From positions 64,001-128,000 of the forward strand of contig CAVRCJ010000013.1 in the NCBI GenBank assembly GCA_963719515.1: a stretch of 64,000 nt of DNA, in the 5' to 3' direction. Each line of letters begins with the position of its first letter. Position 1 is the stretch's first letter. The DNA is from an uncultured cyanobacterium. Its GTDB lineage: Bacteria > Cyanobacteriota > Cyanobacteriia > CAKZMO01. This document shows positions 10,002 to 20,779 of the stretch, in pieces. The notes under the pieces are model-generated. The model ran no database searches and had not been told where the DNA came from. It saw only the letters and a program-made list of their open reading frames with translations. Both the position numbers and the translations under genes were made by a program.

Positions 10002-10052
10002 ATAAAAACAAAAAGCGCTAAAGTACAGGGGCGGTGACAGAATTCTACTACG

Positions 10053-11270
10053 ATGGCCTCGAAACGTTTCTCCAAGGCCGGATTCCAGTGGCTATCGCGG
10101 GCCGCTATTCTGCTGGCTGCGGGGGTTGGCGGTACGATGGCCTACTTGACTTGGCAGCAGCGCAGCGCTCCCCCCATCCAGGTTAGAAGCCTCGTTGCCG
10201 AGCGGGGTAGCGTCGAAGAGAGCATCAGCGAGAGCGGCGTGGTTCAGCTCGCCAGCCAGCAGACTCTCCAGTCTCCGGCGGAGGGGGCTGTGGACCAGGT
10301 TCTGGTGCGAGCGGGAGAGCCCGTTGAGGCGGGGCAGGTGCTCATCGTGCTGCGCAATGCCGAACGAGAGACCGCCACCAGTAACCAGCAGCTGCAGGTT
10401 GAGCAGCAGCGCGTCAGCCTTAAGCGGGCCCAAGAGCGTATCGCCGAGTCGCAGGAGCAGCTTGCGGCTTACCAAAGCGACCTAGAGCGCTTCCGTGGGT
10501 TAGAAGAGGCGGGTGCTATTCCCTACAACGACATTCGCGATATTGAAGACAACATTCGCCGCACGGAAACCACCCTGGAAGATGCAAGAAGCGAAGCCGA
10601 GGGAGCTAATCTAGAGCTGGCGCGACTGCAAACTGAGAACCGCCGCATCGCTCAGGAAATGGAAGAAACTATCATTACAGCGCCCATCAGCGGCCAGGTG
10701 CTAGACGTGGGGGTGAAAGACGGGGATGGGGTAGAGCTGCGCACGGAGCTGCTAACCCTGGGAGACCCGTCCCAAGAGCTGGTGAGCCTAGAGCTCTCTA
10801 CCCTGGACGCGGCCCGCATTAGCCTGGGGCAGGCGGCACGGATAAGCGTCATCGGCCCGAACCCAGAAATCTTTGAGGGGCAGGTCGCGCAGATCTCTCC
10901 CCTGGCGCGATCGCCCGAAGAGGGCGGAGGTCAAGAGACCCAGGTGACCGTCCCGACGCTGGTGCGGCTCAGTGAACCTACGCGGCTCCTGATTCCGGGA
11001 AGCCAGGTGAGCGTCGAGATCATTTTACAGGCTGAGGAGAACGTCACGGTTTTGGGCACCGAGGCCATTCAGCGCGACGGCGGGGAGCCTTTTGTTTGGG
11101 TTCTAGACGAGGCGCAGCAGGTGCAGCAACGGCCCGTCCAAACTGGGCTAGAAGGGTTGACCCAGGTAGAAATTGAGTCTGGATTGAGTCCAGGAGAAAC
11201 GGTGGTGGTGCCACCGCCGGACCAGGCCCTTGCGCCCGGCGCTGCCGTTGTTGTTGATTCTAGGTCGTAG
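10053..11270 (+). CDS. Efflux periplasmic adaptor subunit (HlyD/MacA-like)
   Basis: N-terminal TM anchor, lipoyl half-motifs (SPAEGAV..V.VRAGEPVEAGQ; APISGQV), coiled-coil hairpin. Confidence 0.88.
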   Translation: MASKRFSKAGFQWLSRAAILLAAGVGGTMAYLTWQQRSAPPIQVRSLVAERGSVEESISESGVVQLASQQTLQSPAEGAVDQVLVRAGEPVEAGQVLIVLRNAERETATSNQQLQVEQQRVSLKRAQERIAESQEQLAAYQSDLERFRGLEEAGAIPYNDIRDIEDNIRRTETTLEDARSEAEGANLELARLQTENRRIAQEMEETIITAPISGQVLDVGVKDGDGVELRTELLTLGDPSQELVSLELSTLDAARISLGQAARISVIGPNPEIFEGQVAQISPLARSPEEGGGQETQVTVPTLVRLSEPTRLLIPGSQVSVEIILQAEENVTVLGTEAIQRDGGEPFVWVLDEAQQVQQRPVQTGLEGLTQVEIESGLSPGETVVVPPPDQALAPGAAVVVDSRS

Positions 11271-11277
11271 GACAAAT

Positions 11278-12462
11278 ATGGGGCTATCTTCTGCCGATCT
11301 ATTGCGACTGACGACCCACTCCCTCCGGAGCAACCTGCTGCGATCGCTGCTGTCGATGTCGGGGGTGTTTATGGGGGTGGCCGCCGTGGTAGCGACGCTG
11401 CAGGTGGGCAGCATCAGCCGCGCCGTGATTGCCGAAGAGCTAGACAAACGGGAAGCGCCCCAGGTTTCCCTCTATCCGCGCTGGCAGCCGGGAAAGCCCT
11501 ATCAGCCTCTGCAAACAGACGACCTCGCCTTCTTACAGCAGCGGCTGGTGGGGGCGCGCGCCCTCAGCGCCATCGACTGGGCCGGGACGCGGCTAGCGCT
11601 GTTTCACGATCGCGAGGCCAATGCGTTTATGCTGGCGGTCTCCCGAGAGTTTTTTACCACCTCAGGGCTGGGGCTGCTGGTAGGTCGCTTGTTTACCGAG
11701 GCCGATTTTGAGCGCTACCGCTCGGTTGTGGTAATTGACCAGTTTTTGGCGGAGAGCCTATTTGATGAGCTGGGCGACGCTATTGGCGAACAGGTCTATT
11801 TCGGCGGTCGCCCGCTCGTGGTGGTGGGAGTCTTGGAAACCAAGCTGGAAGAGGAGGAAACCCCTACAGGGAAAGTCTACATCCCGCTCTCCCTCCACCA
11901 CGCATTAGAGGGCCATCAGCGCATCAACGCCCTCCGCCTGCGGCCTCAGTCTTTAGAAACTATCGAGACCCTCGAAGAGCAGGCGGAGCAGCTGTTGCAG
12001 CAGCGATCGCCTGACCGCCGCTTCTACGTCTTTAACAACGTTGAGGATATTCAGGAGCGTCAGCAGGTGCTGCAGCTTGCCGCCCGAGGGCTGGCCGCCG
12101 TGGGGCTAATTTCCCTGATGGTGGGCGGCGTTGGCATCGCCAACATCATGCTGGCGTCGGTGGCCGAGCGCACTGCGGAAATCGGCCTGCGGCGAGCGAT
12201 CGGGGCGACGCGGCAGGAAATCATGCTGCAGTTCATCTTGGAAGCCGCTGTTTTGAGCGTTATGGGGGGAGCAGCGGCGGTTATTGTTGTCCACGGGCTG
12301 ACGCGGGTGGTGGCCGACCAGTTTGAGCTGCCGTACCGGTTTGAGGGCCGCAGCGCTGCCGTGGCCCTAGGGGCGGCGATCGCGGTGGGGGTGGGGGCCA
12401 GCCTGCTGCCCGCGCTGCAGGCCAGTAAGCTAGACCCGGTGCAGGCCTTGAGGTCAGGGTAG
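11278..12462 (+). CDS. MacB/FtsX-type ABC transporter permease
   Basis: LRSLLSMSGVFMGVAAVV and VGGVGIANIMLASVAERTAEIGLRRAIGA. ATG at 11278, 7 bp after the adaptor stop. Confidence 0.9.
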   Translation: MGLSSADLLRLTTHSLRSNLLRSLLSMSGVFMGVAAVVATLQVGSISRAVIAEELDKREAPQVSLYPRWQPGKPYQPLQTDDLAFLQQRLVGARALSAIDWAGTRLALFHDREANAFMLAVSREFFTTSGLGLLVGRLFTEADFERYRSVVVIDQFLAESLFDELGDAIGEQVYFGGRPLVVVGVLETKLEEEETPTGKVYIPLSLHHALEGHQRINALRLRPQSLETIETLEEQAEQLLQQRSPDRRFYVFNNVEDIQERQQVLQLAARGLAAVGLISLMVGGVGIANIMLASVAERTAEIGLRRAIGATRQEIMLQFILEAAVLSVMGGAAAVIVVHGLTRVVADQFELPYRFEGRSAAVALGAAIAVGVGASLLPALQASKLDPVQALRSG

Positions 12463-12482
12463 GGCGCTCGCATCGGGATATT

Positions 12483-13370
12483 GTGCTAGAGGATAGTCAA
12501 CAGTTGAGTGATGTTGGGGAGCTAAAGTTGCAGTCCTTTGCCAAACCCTACCGAGGGCGGCTCGCCCCGACGCCCACCGGCCACCTGCACCAGGGCCACG
12601 CCAAAACCTTTTGGACTGCTCAGCAGCGGGCCGCTCAGCCCGGCGGGGCGCTGCTGCTGCGCCTTGAAGACCTAGACCGCGATCGCTGCAAGCCCCAGTA
12701 CACCCTAGACCTGCTGGAAGATCTGGCCTGGTTTGGCTTTCGCTGGCAGGAGGGCCCAGACCTGGGCGGAAACTACGGACCCTATATCCAAAGCGATCGC
12801 CAGGCCTTCTACCGGCAGGTGTGGCAGCAGCTCAACCAGGCCCAGGCGATTTACCCTAGTCCTCACTCCCGCAAGGATGTGGCAAGGGCCTTAACCGCCC
12901 CCCACGAAGGCGATCGCCAAGCTATTTTTCCTGCCCGGCTCCGCCCTGCAGCCTGGCAGCCGGCCCGTGAACCCGGCGCGGTGAACTGGCGCTTTCGGGT
13001 ACCCGATGGCGAGACTATCGCCTTTGTAGACCAAAACTCGGGGCTTCAGGCTTTCACCGCTGGTCAGGACTTTGGCGACTTCCTCGTTTGGCGGCGAGAC
13101 GGGTTCCCCAGCTACGAGCTGGCGGTGGTGGCCGACGACCACGCCATGGCCATTTCTGAGGTGGTGCGCGGCGAGGATTTGCTGCTGTCAACGGCAAAGC
13201 AGCTGTTGCTCTACCGCGCCTTGGGGTGGGAGGCCCCCGCGTTTTACCACTGCCCTTTGGTGCGCGATGAGCAGGGGAAGCGCCTGGCTAAGCGGGATGG
13301 GGCCAGGAGTCTGCGATCGCTGCGGCAGCGGGGGGTGGCGCCGGAGGAGATTCGGGCAGGGTGGCGATAA
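12483..13370 (+). CDS. gluQ: tRNA glutamyl-Q(34) synthetase
   Basis: GRLAPTPTGHLHQGH, RLEDLD, VVRGEDLL, KRLAKR; no anticodon-binding domain. Confidence 0.88.
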   Translation: MLEDSQQLSDVGELKLQSFAKPYRGRLAPTPTGHLHQGHAKTFWTAQQRAAQPGGALLLRLEDLDRDRCKPQYTLDLLEDLAWFGFRWQEGPDLGGNYGPYIQSDRQAFYRQVWQQLNQAQAIYPSPHSRKDVARALTAPHEGDRQAIFPARLRPAAWQPAREPGAVNWRFRVPDGETIAFVDQNSGLQAFTAGQDFGDFLVWRRDGFPSYELAVVADDHAMAISEVVRGEDLLLSTAKQLLLYRALGWEAPAFYHCPLVRDEQGKRLAKRDGARSLRSLRQRGVAPEEIRAGWR

Positions 13371-13427
13371 GGGCGATTGGGATGACGCAGTGCCGCTAGA
13401 GCCTGCTGGGCCGCGCGAGGTTGAGAG

Positions 13428-14462
13428 CTACCGGACTAGGCTGCCGGCAAGCTGCGGCGTCCGGTAATCTTGGAGCCATAGAACAAACTGCTGCAGTCCC
13501 TCCGAGAGAGAGGTTTTGGGCTCAAATCCCACAGCCTCAGTCAGACTGTCTATGTCAGCGTAGGTTTCCAGAACGTCCCCCGGCTGCATGGGCAGCATAT
13601 TCTTGCGCGCGGTGAGCCCCAAGCAGCGCTCTAGGGTTTCGATAAAGTCCAGCAGCGTGATGGGCTGGTGGTTGCCGATGTTGTAGATACGGTAGGGGCC
13701 CTGGCTGGAGCTGGGGTCGGGATGCGCGCCACACCAGCTGGGGTCGGGCTGGGGGACCTGGGGAATCAGACGCAAAATACCGTCGACAATGTCGCCGACG
13801 TAGGTAAAGTCGCGGCGCATTTGGCCGTGGTTATAGACGTCGATGGGGCGATCTGCCAAAATAGCTTCCGCGAACCTATAGGTGGCCATGTCGGGGCGGC
13901 CCCAAGGGCCGTAGACCGTGAAGAAACGCAGCCCCGTGGTGGGAATGCCATAAAGATGGCTGTAGGAGTGGGCCATCAGCTCGTTGGCTTTTTTGGTGGC
14001 GGCGTAGAGACTGAGGGGATGGTCGACGTTGTGATTTACGGAGAAGGGCATTGCGCGGTTAGCGCCATAGACGGAGCTTGAGGAGGCAAAAATCAGGTGC
14101 TCAGTTGAGTAGGTGCGGCAGCCCTCTAGCACGTTGAGAAAGCCCACCAGGTTGCTGTCGGCGTAAGCGTGGGGATTTTCGAGGGAGTAGCGGACGCCCG
14201 CCTGCGCGGCGAGGTGAATGACGACCTTGGGCCGATAGGTGGCAAATAGCCAGTTCATCTGGGGGCGATCGCTCAGATCAAGTTTGTGGAAGCGGAACCG
14301 AGGATGCCCGCTGAGCTGGGCTAGGCGATCGCGCTTTAGCTGCACGCTGTAGTAGTCGTTGAGGTTGTCCATACCCACCACGGTGTGGTCTTGGGCGAGC
14401 AGGGCCTTACAGACGTGGTAGCCGATAAATCCAGCGGCTCCGGTAACCAAAATCTGAGTCAT
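13428..14462 (-). CDS. NAD-dependent epimerase, UDP-glucuronate 4-epimerase-like
   Basis: ILVTGAAGFIG, HLAAQAGVRYS, YAATKKANE, FFTVYGPWGRPDMA. Likely start ATG at 14462 (MTQILV). Confidence 0.92.
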   Translation of the reverse strand: MTQILVTGAAGFIGYHVCKALLAQDHTVVGMDNLNDYYSVQLKRDRLAQLSGHPRFRFHKLDLSDRPQMNWLFATYRPKVVIHLAAQAGVRYSLENPHAYADSNLVGFLNVLEGCRTYSTEHLIFASSSSVYGANRAMPFSVNHNVDHPLSLYAATKKANELMAHSYSHLYGIPTTGLRFFTVYGPWGRPDMATYRFAEAILADRPIDVYNHGQMRRDFTYVGDIVDGILRLIPQVPQPDPSWCGAHPDPSSSQGPYRIYNIGNHQPITLLDFIETLERCLGLTARKNMLPMQPGDVLETYADIDSLTEAVGFEPKTSLSEGLQQFVLWLQDYRTPQLAGSLVR

Positions 14463-14764
14463 AATGGGCGCTTCAATAGGGTTTGCGTTGAGGTAGCGCT
14501 TTCCTGTCGTGACGAGTGAGAGCCTAAGCGTAGGGGGGAATACTTGCGTAAACTTTGAAACTACGGCAGGTGGTTGGAAGGACGAGGGCAGCGGGTGTTT
14601 GGTTTCCTGCGATCGCCCAAGGCAAGGTGAGCCCGCCCGCCAAGCCGACCCGCCAAACGCTTTAGCGGGCATACCGGAGGGGGTACGCCCGCTAGAGGCA
14701 GTTGTGCTATTGAGTACTTTCTACCGCAGGTGGCCCGTGAGCAGCCGACTTTCCAAAACTGTCG

Positions 14765-15625
14765 CTAGGACGGCACGTTGCGAACGCGGGACCGATACGC
14801 CGCACTGTTCAACCCGTCGCCGACGTTGGCCGTAGCGGGGTCAATCTGCGCGTTGAGATCTTGAACGCGGCTGCCTGCAGAGGGATGGGTACTCAAGAAA
14901 GCGGGGGTAGAGGAGCGGCCCACCAGCTTAGCCATAAAGGCCGGCATTGCCGAAGGCGCGTATCCCGCCGCCCGAAGGTTAGCTAGTCCCAAATTGTCGG
15001 CCTCTCGCTCATCGCTCCGGCTGTTGGGACGCCGCAGCGCTAGCTCGACGCCAATGTTGGCAAGCGCGCTCTGGTCAACCCCAGCAGCGGTCATCAACCC
15101 CCGGGCGATCGCCGCCTCTCGCATTTGCTCCAGCGCATGCCGTCCGGCGATGTGGGCAATCTCGTGGGAGACGACGCTTGCCAGCTCAGCCTCATTATCG
15201 GCAGCCCGCATGAGGCCAGTGGTGACGTAGACGTAGCCCCCCATGGTGGCAAAAGCGTTGATGGCGTCGTCTTGAACCACTTGAAAGGTATAGGGAATAT
15301 TGGAGCGGGCGCTGTGGGGCACCAGCCGCTGGCCGATGCTGTTGACGTAGCGGTTGATTTCAGCGTCGCGATAGAGCGATACCTGTCCGCCGACGAGCTG
15401 CTGGTTGATTTGTCCGCCGAGGCGGACCTCTTGGCGATCGGACATGTTGGAAAGCTGGATGACCTGTATGCCCCTGAAAATCAGGTCCAAAAACGGGATT
15501 GCGGGAGTGGCGGTTGGCGTTCCTATAACAATACTCACCGCTAAGAGCGTTGAGATCGCTCCGTAGATCCAGCGGCGGCGTAGGGTCGTGAAGAGGTCGC
15601 TTGGTCGCATATCGCTTGGTCGCAT
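14765..15625 (-). CDS. M48 family zinc metallopeptidase
   Basis: INAFATMGG, HEIAH, EREAD, FLSTHP; N-terminal signal/TM segment. Confidence 0.9.
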   Translation of the reverse strand: MRPSDMRPSDLFTTLRRRWIYGAISTLLAVSIVIGTPTATPAIPFLDLIFRGIQVIQLSNMSDRQEVRLGGQINQQLVGGQVSLYRDAEINRYVNSIGQRLVPHSARSNIPYTFQVVQDDAINAFATMGGYVYVTTGLMRAADNEAELASVVSHEIAHIAGRHALEQMREAAIARGLMTAAGVDQSALANIGVELALRRPNSRSDEREADNLGLANLRAAGYAPSAMPAFMAKLVGRSSTPAFLSTHPSAGSRVQDLNAQIDPATANVGDGLNSAAYRSRVRNVPS

Positions 15626-15823
15626 TGCAGGTACGTTCTTATTCTAGGGGTGGGGCCGGGGGAAGCGATCCGCCTCCAGGTCAAATTCTAAGCTGTCACA
15701 GTATTTTGTGTGCCGATGCTCCATGCCAAAAGCATTTCTCAGCCGAGATAAGTCTGTGCCGATATCAAAGGCGTTTTGGTTTAGGATGTTGTCGGTGCTG
15801 ACGCAATTTCTGCCGACGCGATT

Positions 15824-17578
15824 TTGATGGTCAAACGCTCAAACGGTTTCCTTGTTTTGGTGGGTTTAGGGTTGCTTATCGCCCTGGCATACGGCGGCTG
15901 GATTATTACTATGGTCGAACCCTCTATATCCCCTGGCCTGCTCAGCGCCCCTTTCCTGCAAAGGCCCACAGCCTCTACGGTCAACGTCGTTTGGTTTACA
16001 GAATTTGAGGGCGATCGCCACCTCGTCGAATACGGCGACACCCTCGATCAGCAGCAGGCCACCACAACGCGGCTCTCCCGCACTCGGGAAGACCCGCCCG
16101 TGCTCGAGGGTGCAGGCGCGGAAGACAGCTCCCCCATCCGCCGCGTCATTTGGCGGCATGAGGCCACCGTTGCGGGCCTGTCCCCCGGCGAGCGGGTGCC
16201 CTACCGAGTGGTGAGCGAGGGAGAGCGCCGCCTGGAGAGCGAGACCTACACGCTTGCCCCCTTGCCTTCCGTAGGCCAGCCGCTAAAAATCTTGCTCACC
16301 TCAGACCACCAGCAAAAGCCCATGACCCCCGCCAACCTGGAAAAGGTGGTGGAAACCGTGGGTCAGGTAGACGCGGTGTTTATGGCGGGGGACTTAGTCA
16401 ATATCCCCGACCGGGCGTCAGAGTGGTTTGACGAGGATGTGTCTTTCTTTAGGGCACTGCAGGGCAATGCCAAAGGAGATTTGACCTACGACGGCGTCAC
16501 CATTCCCTACCGTGGGGGGGCCATTATTCAGTCAGCGCCGCTGTTCCCCGCTGTGGGCAACCACGAGGTCATGGGCCGCCTGTCCTCAAAGGGACTCGGA
16601 GAGCAGTTTAATGACCCAGTGCCTCGAGCGATCGCCGCCCAGCGCTATGAGGCGCAGGCTAGCATTGTCAATCCTACGGGCGACCCGGCGGTTCGGGGCG
16701 CTTGGCTCAAAGACCAGTCGTTCAACATCGACACCTACCAAGAGATTTTCACCCTGCCGGAAGGCCCCGCTGACGGCAAGTACTACGCCACCACCTTCGG
16801 CGACCTGCGGCTGGTGTCCCTCTACATCACCAATATCTGGCGCAAACCCAGCCTTGGCCCCAATATTCGGGGCCGCTACCGCGAGCGCGATGAGGATTTG
16901 GATAACCCAGAAAACTGGGGCTACGGCCAGCACATCTTCGAGGCGATTAGTCCCGTTAGCCCGCAGTACGGCTGGCTTCAGCAGGAGCTGGCCAGCCCCG
17001 AGTGGCAGCAGGCCCGCTACCGCGTCGTTATGTTCCACCATCCGCCCCACTCTTTGGGGGATAACATCGTGCCGGCCTACGCCGATCCGGTGCAGATTAT
17101 CGACTACCTCCCTGACGGCGAAACTATCAAGTCGGTGCGCTACGAATACCCCCAAGGCGCTGACTACCTGGTGCAAGTGCTGCCGCTGATAGAGGCTGCA
17201 GACGCCGACCTGATCTTCTATGGCCACGACCATATCTGGAACCGGTTCGTCTCGCCGGGGGGGCTGCACTTTCTAGAGACCTCTAACGTCGGCAACACCT
17301 ATGGAGCCGCGTGGAAAACCAAGCGGCGCGACGTGCCTATTGGGTTCAAAGAGAGCTATCCACCCTTGGGCGACCCCAATGGGCTAGAGCCGGTGGTGCC
17401 GACAATCGCGCCCCTCCTAGACGATGACGGCTCGCCCCAGCCGTTTGTGGCCAGCAACGAGATTACGGTGTTCAGCATTTTGGATACTGAGCAAGGTACC
17501 GTGAGTAGCTATCGGTTTGACACAAGGAAGCCGGACTCATCCGTGGTCAAATTCGATGAGTTTGCGCTGAAGCCGTGA
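15824..17578 (+). CDS. Metallophosphoesterase with purple acid phosphatase-type N-terminal domain
   Basis: SDHQ, AGDLV, GNHE, FHHPPH and GHDH calcineurin-like motifs; N-terminal TM anchor. Confidence 0.88.
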   Translation: MMVKRSNGFLVLVGLGLLIALAYGGWIITMVEPSISPGLLSAPFLQRPTASTVNVVWFTEFEGDRHLVEYGDTLDQQQATTTRLSRTREDPPVLEGAGAEDSSPIRRVIWRHEATVAGLSPGERVPYRVVSEGERRLESETYTLAPLPSVGQPLKILLTSDHQQKPMTPANLEKVVETVGQVDAVFMAGDLVNIPDRASEWFDEDVSFFRALQGNAKGDLTYDGVTIPYRGGAIIQSAPLFPAVGNHEVMGRLSSKGLGEQFNDPVPRAIAAQRYEAQASIVNPTGDPAVRGAWLKDQSFNIDTYQEIFTLPEGPADGKYYATTFGDLRLVSLYITNIWRKPSLGPNIRGRYRERDEDLDNPENWGYGQHIFEAISPVSPQYGWLQQELASPEWQQARYRVVMFHHPPHSLGDNIVPAYADPVQIIDYLPDGETIKSVRYEYPQGADYLVQVLPLIEAADADLIFYGHDHIWNRFVSPGGLHFLETSNVGNTYGAAWKTKRRDVPIGFKESYPPLGDPNGLEPVVPTIAPLLDDDGSPQPFVASNEITVFSILDTEQGTVSSYRFDTRKPDSSVVKFDEFALKP

Positions 17579-17645
17579 GGTCTGATTTTGCAGAACAAAC
17601 CCTACACCGCCAGCTTTTGAACAACCCTCAGGTCAGCAAGGCTTC

Positions 17646-18410
17646 TCACTCTTCCTCAGCTGAGGCGATCGCACGGGCTACATGCTCCCCCACCCGCGCC
17701 GACCCGACCGGCGAAGGATGAACGCGGTCCTCGTCATACGCCGTCAGATCCTCCGTAGACAAGACGTCCCCTGCCGAAACAAACCATACCCCTGCAAGGC
17801 CCTCTGCCATCCGCATCAGCCGCCCATTGTGCAGGGCAATCTCATCGTTGCACTGCTCAAAGCCAAAGCGGGCATCGTCCGGCATAGCGTAATAGCCCAC
17901 GTACATCACCTGAGCGCCGCTAGCGGTTACGGCGCGCACAAAGTCTGGAATCTCGCCCGAGAGCCCATCCTCGCTAATCATTTCCTCTAGCTGAGCGCCA
18001 CAAGTCGCGCAGGCACAATCGCCGACCAGGTCGTTGGCCCCGCCGTTCATCACAACCCAACCCCAACCTTGGTCGTCGTACTGCTGGCGAATATCGTACC
18101 CCGCCTCAGCGGCTTCTCTATCGGGGTGGGAGACATGAGCGCCAGACACAGCGCTGTTGGTCACAGGCCGGTTTAGCGTCTGGCCGATAACGTCAGGAAT
18201 AGACCGATTCTCCTCGGCGTTCCAGTCCAAAATCGAGTCTCCGATGGCTAGAATTGGCTGCTTTTGTGGCTGCGCGGCGGTGCGGCTGCTAGAGGCAGAA
18301 CGCGGGGTATCGGCGGTGGACGTCGCTTGGTCTGCAATACCCGAACAGGCTGAGAGGCCTGCTAGCGCGGCGAAGTTTGCCAGCACTAAGCCCATGATGA
18401 GTTGCTGCAT
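17646..18410 (-). CDS. SGNH/GDSL hydrolase, probable lipoprotein
   Basis: IGDSI, GGAND, DRVHP; lipobox LSAC. Confidence 0.88.
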   Translation of the reverse strand: MQQLIMGLVLANFAALAGLSACSGIADQATSTADTPRSASSSRTAAQPQKQPILAIGDSILDWNAEENRSIPDVIGQTLNRPVTNSAVSGAHVSHPDREAAEAGYDIRQQYDDQGWGWVVMNGGANDLVGDCACATCGAQLEEMISEDGLSGEIPDFVRAVTASGAQVMYVGYYAMPDDARFGFEQCNDEIALHNGRLMRMAEGLAGVWFVSAGDVLSTEDLTAYDEDRVHPSPVGSARVGEHVARAIASAEEE

Positions 18411-18472
18411 TGGAGATGTTCGAGTGAAAGTCTAGGGCATAGAATACCCCTGTCGGCCTCTAATGCTAGCGG

Positions 18473-19423
18473 CTAACGTCGCTCAACGCCGTGGATGCGC
18501 ATCAAATCCGATACCGTCTCGCAATAGGGCGGAATATTGAACGTGCTTGGATTTACCGGATTCTCGTAGGTGAAATGGCGATACTGAAGGCAAAACCAGT
18601 CCCACTCTGCCATCTGAATTCGAAACAGCGGCACAATGACTCTGGCAAAGGTCAGCAGCGGCAGCTGGGCCGCCGGTACCGACAGGCCAAAGTAGCGGCA
18701 CAGCTCTCGAATCGCGCCGTTGACCGTGATTTGCGGGTTGCCCAGCACCATCTGCCGCATTGACCCTCGTGAGACGGGATTGCGCACGAGGTAGACCATC
18801 ACTTGGGCGATGTCGCGGGCGTGGATGTAGTGAAAGCTGCCGTCGATGTTGAAAAAGCGAATTAGGCCAACCCAGCGGGTCACGTCCCGTAGACCTGCTG
18901 ATAGATGAGACATGGGCTTTTGGGCATCGCCGCCAAACACTAGTGTCGGAAAGACTACCGTGGTTTTAGCCGCGATCGCCAGCTTCCGCAGCTCCCGGTG
19001 ACATTCGTACTTAGTGCGGATGTAGTCAGTGCCGAGAGTCTCAGCTTCTTCCAAAAGCCGGTTATTCTTATCGAGAATACTGGCCGTGGAGAAGTAAATC
19101 ACCTGACGGCAGCGCTCTACATCCAGCAGCTTCAGCAGCGCTAAGGTTTGGGTGACGTTGACGGACTGGGTCTGCTGCGGGTCACCCCAGGCGGCGGCGG
19201 TGAGGATGGCGACGTCGATGGTCTTGAGCAGCTCGGCCTGCTCCTCAATATGCAGAATGTCCCCTTTGACGAGATGGACGCCAGGGCGATGGCCGATGTT
19301 TACTTTGAGCTTGGCGGGGTTACGCACCAGCAAAAATAAATCGTGCTCCGTTTGCCGCATCAGCGCCGCCACAATATAGTGGCCAATGCAGCCGCTGGCC
19401 CCGGTGATAAAAATCCGCGCCAT
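18473..19423 (-). CDS. NAD-dependent epimerase/dehydratase family protein
   Basis: IFITGASGCIG, YIRTK; starts 2 bp after the hemE stop. Confidence 0.85.
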   Translation of the reverse strand: MARIFITGASGCIGHYIVAALMRQTEHDLFLLVRNPAKLKVNIGHRPGVHLVKGDILHIEEQAELLKTIDVAILTAAAWGDPQQTQSVNVTQTLALLKLLDVERCRQVIYFSTASILDKNNRLLEEAETLGTDYIRTKYECHRELRKLAIAAKTTVVFPTLVFGGDAQKPMSHLSAGLRDVTRWVGLIRFFNIDGSFHYIHARDIAQVMVYLVRNPVSRGSMRQMVLGNPQITVNGAIRELCRYFGLSVPAAQLPLLTFARVIVPLFRIQMAEWDWFCLQYRHFTYENPVNPSTFNIPPYCETVSDLMRIHGVERR

Positions 19424-19425
19424 GG

Positions 19426-20487
19426 CTAGACGCAGGCGAGCAGCTGGTCCGCCTGCTTAGCCGTCTCAAAGAAGTAGCGCACGTTGTCCTCGGGGGTGTC
19501 TTTGTGGACGCCGTGGCCCAGGTTGAGGATGTGGCCCGTAGGTCCGGCCTTGCGGATGGTGTCGAGGATGCGATCGCGGATGAAGCCGTGGGAGCCGTAG
19601 AGGACGCCGGGGTCAAGATTGCCCTGCACCTTCATGTTTGGCCCTAGCCGCCGCCGCGCGTCCGCCATGTCGACGGTCCAGTCGACGCTGATGATGTCGG
19701 CCCCAGACTGGCCCATGCGCTCCAGCAGGCCGCCGCTGCCGCTGATCAGCAAAATCAGCGGGGTGTCGGGGTGGGTCTTCTTGACTTGGCTAAACACCCG
19801 CTGCTGGTAAGGCAAGGCGAAGGTGTCGTAGTCCTGCGGGGACATCTGACCGGCCCAAGAGTCGAACATCTGCACCGCCTGAGCGCCGCTGTCGATTTGG
19901 TAGCGGACGTAGACGGCGATCGCGTCGGCTAGCTTCTCCAGGAAGCTGTGAAGCATGGCGGGCTCGGAGAAGGCCATGTTCTTGATTATTGAGTAGGTTT
20001 TGGATCCTTTTCCTTCCACGGCGTAGGCCGCCAGCGTCCAGGGAGCCCCCACAAAGCCCAGCACCGCCGCGTCGTTCTTCACCTCGGCCCGCAGCGCCTG
20101 CAAAATCTCGCGCACAAACCCCAGGGACTCCTCGGGCTGCAGCGATCGCAGTGCGTCTACCTGAGCCTGGGTGCGGATGGGCTCATCCATGATTGGCCCT
20201 TTGCCCTCGGCCACGTCCATTTCAATGCCGATGCCGGGCAGCGGGGTGACGATATCAGAGAAGAAAATGACGCCGTCAGGGTGGAAAGCGCGCCAGGGCT
20301 GCAGGGAGATTTCTACAGCCACGTCGGGAATTTCAGAGCGATCGCGAAAAGAGGGGTATTTTTCCCGCAGGTCTCGGTAGGCCTTCATGTAGCGCCCGGC
20401 CTGTCGCATCATCCACACGGGGGGCCGCTCTAGGGTTTCCCCACGGGCAGCGCGCAGCAGTAACGGAGTTTGAGAGGATGCGCTCAT
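19426..20487 (-). CDS. hemE: Uroporphyrinogen decarboxylase
   Basis: [31 protein letters not shown]. Confidence 0.97.
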   Translation of the reverse strand: MSASSQTPLLLRAARGETLERPPVWMMRQAGRYMKAYRDLREKYPSFRDRSEIPDVAVEISLQPWRAFHPDGVIFFSDIVTPLPGIGIEMDVAEGKGPIMDEPIRTQAQVDALRSLQPEESLGFVREILQALRAEVKNDAAVLGFVGAPWTLAAYAVEGKGSKTYSIIKNMAFSEPAMLHSFLEKLADAIAVYVRYQIDSGAQAVQMFDSWAGQMSPQDYDTFALPYQQRVFSQVKKTHPDTPLILLISGSGGLLERMGQSGADIISVDWTVDMADARRRLGPNMKVQGNLDPGVLYGSHGFIRDRILDTIRKAGPTGHILNLGHGVHKDTPEDNVRYFFETAKQADQLLACV

Positions 20488-20779
20488 GAACTGTGGCCTT
20501 TTATAAAGTCTTTAGAAAATCCATTTGTTAGCTTATCACCGCTTGATAGAGCTTTCGGCGGTGGATGTCAATGTCGTTACAATCTGGCATCAAGACGGCA
20601 GCGGAGGGCGATCGCCATTTGCCCAAAAGATTTAGATAAGATACATTGGCTAAATCGCTGAGCTGCACATTTCCCTTATGAGCAATATTGCAGCAGCAGT
20701 CTGTCAACCTCAGCAAGCTGCGCCCAGCAAATCACGCCTAGCAAGTCGCGCGCTGTCGCTGTAGAAGTAATTATGGCCT

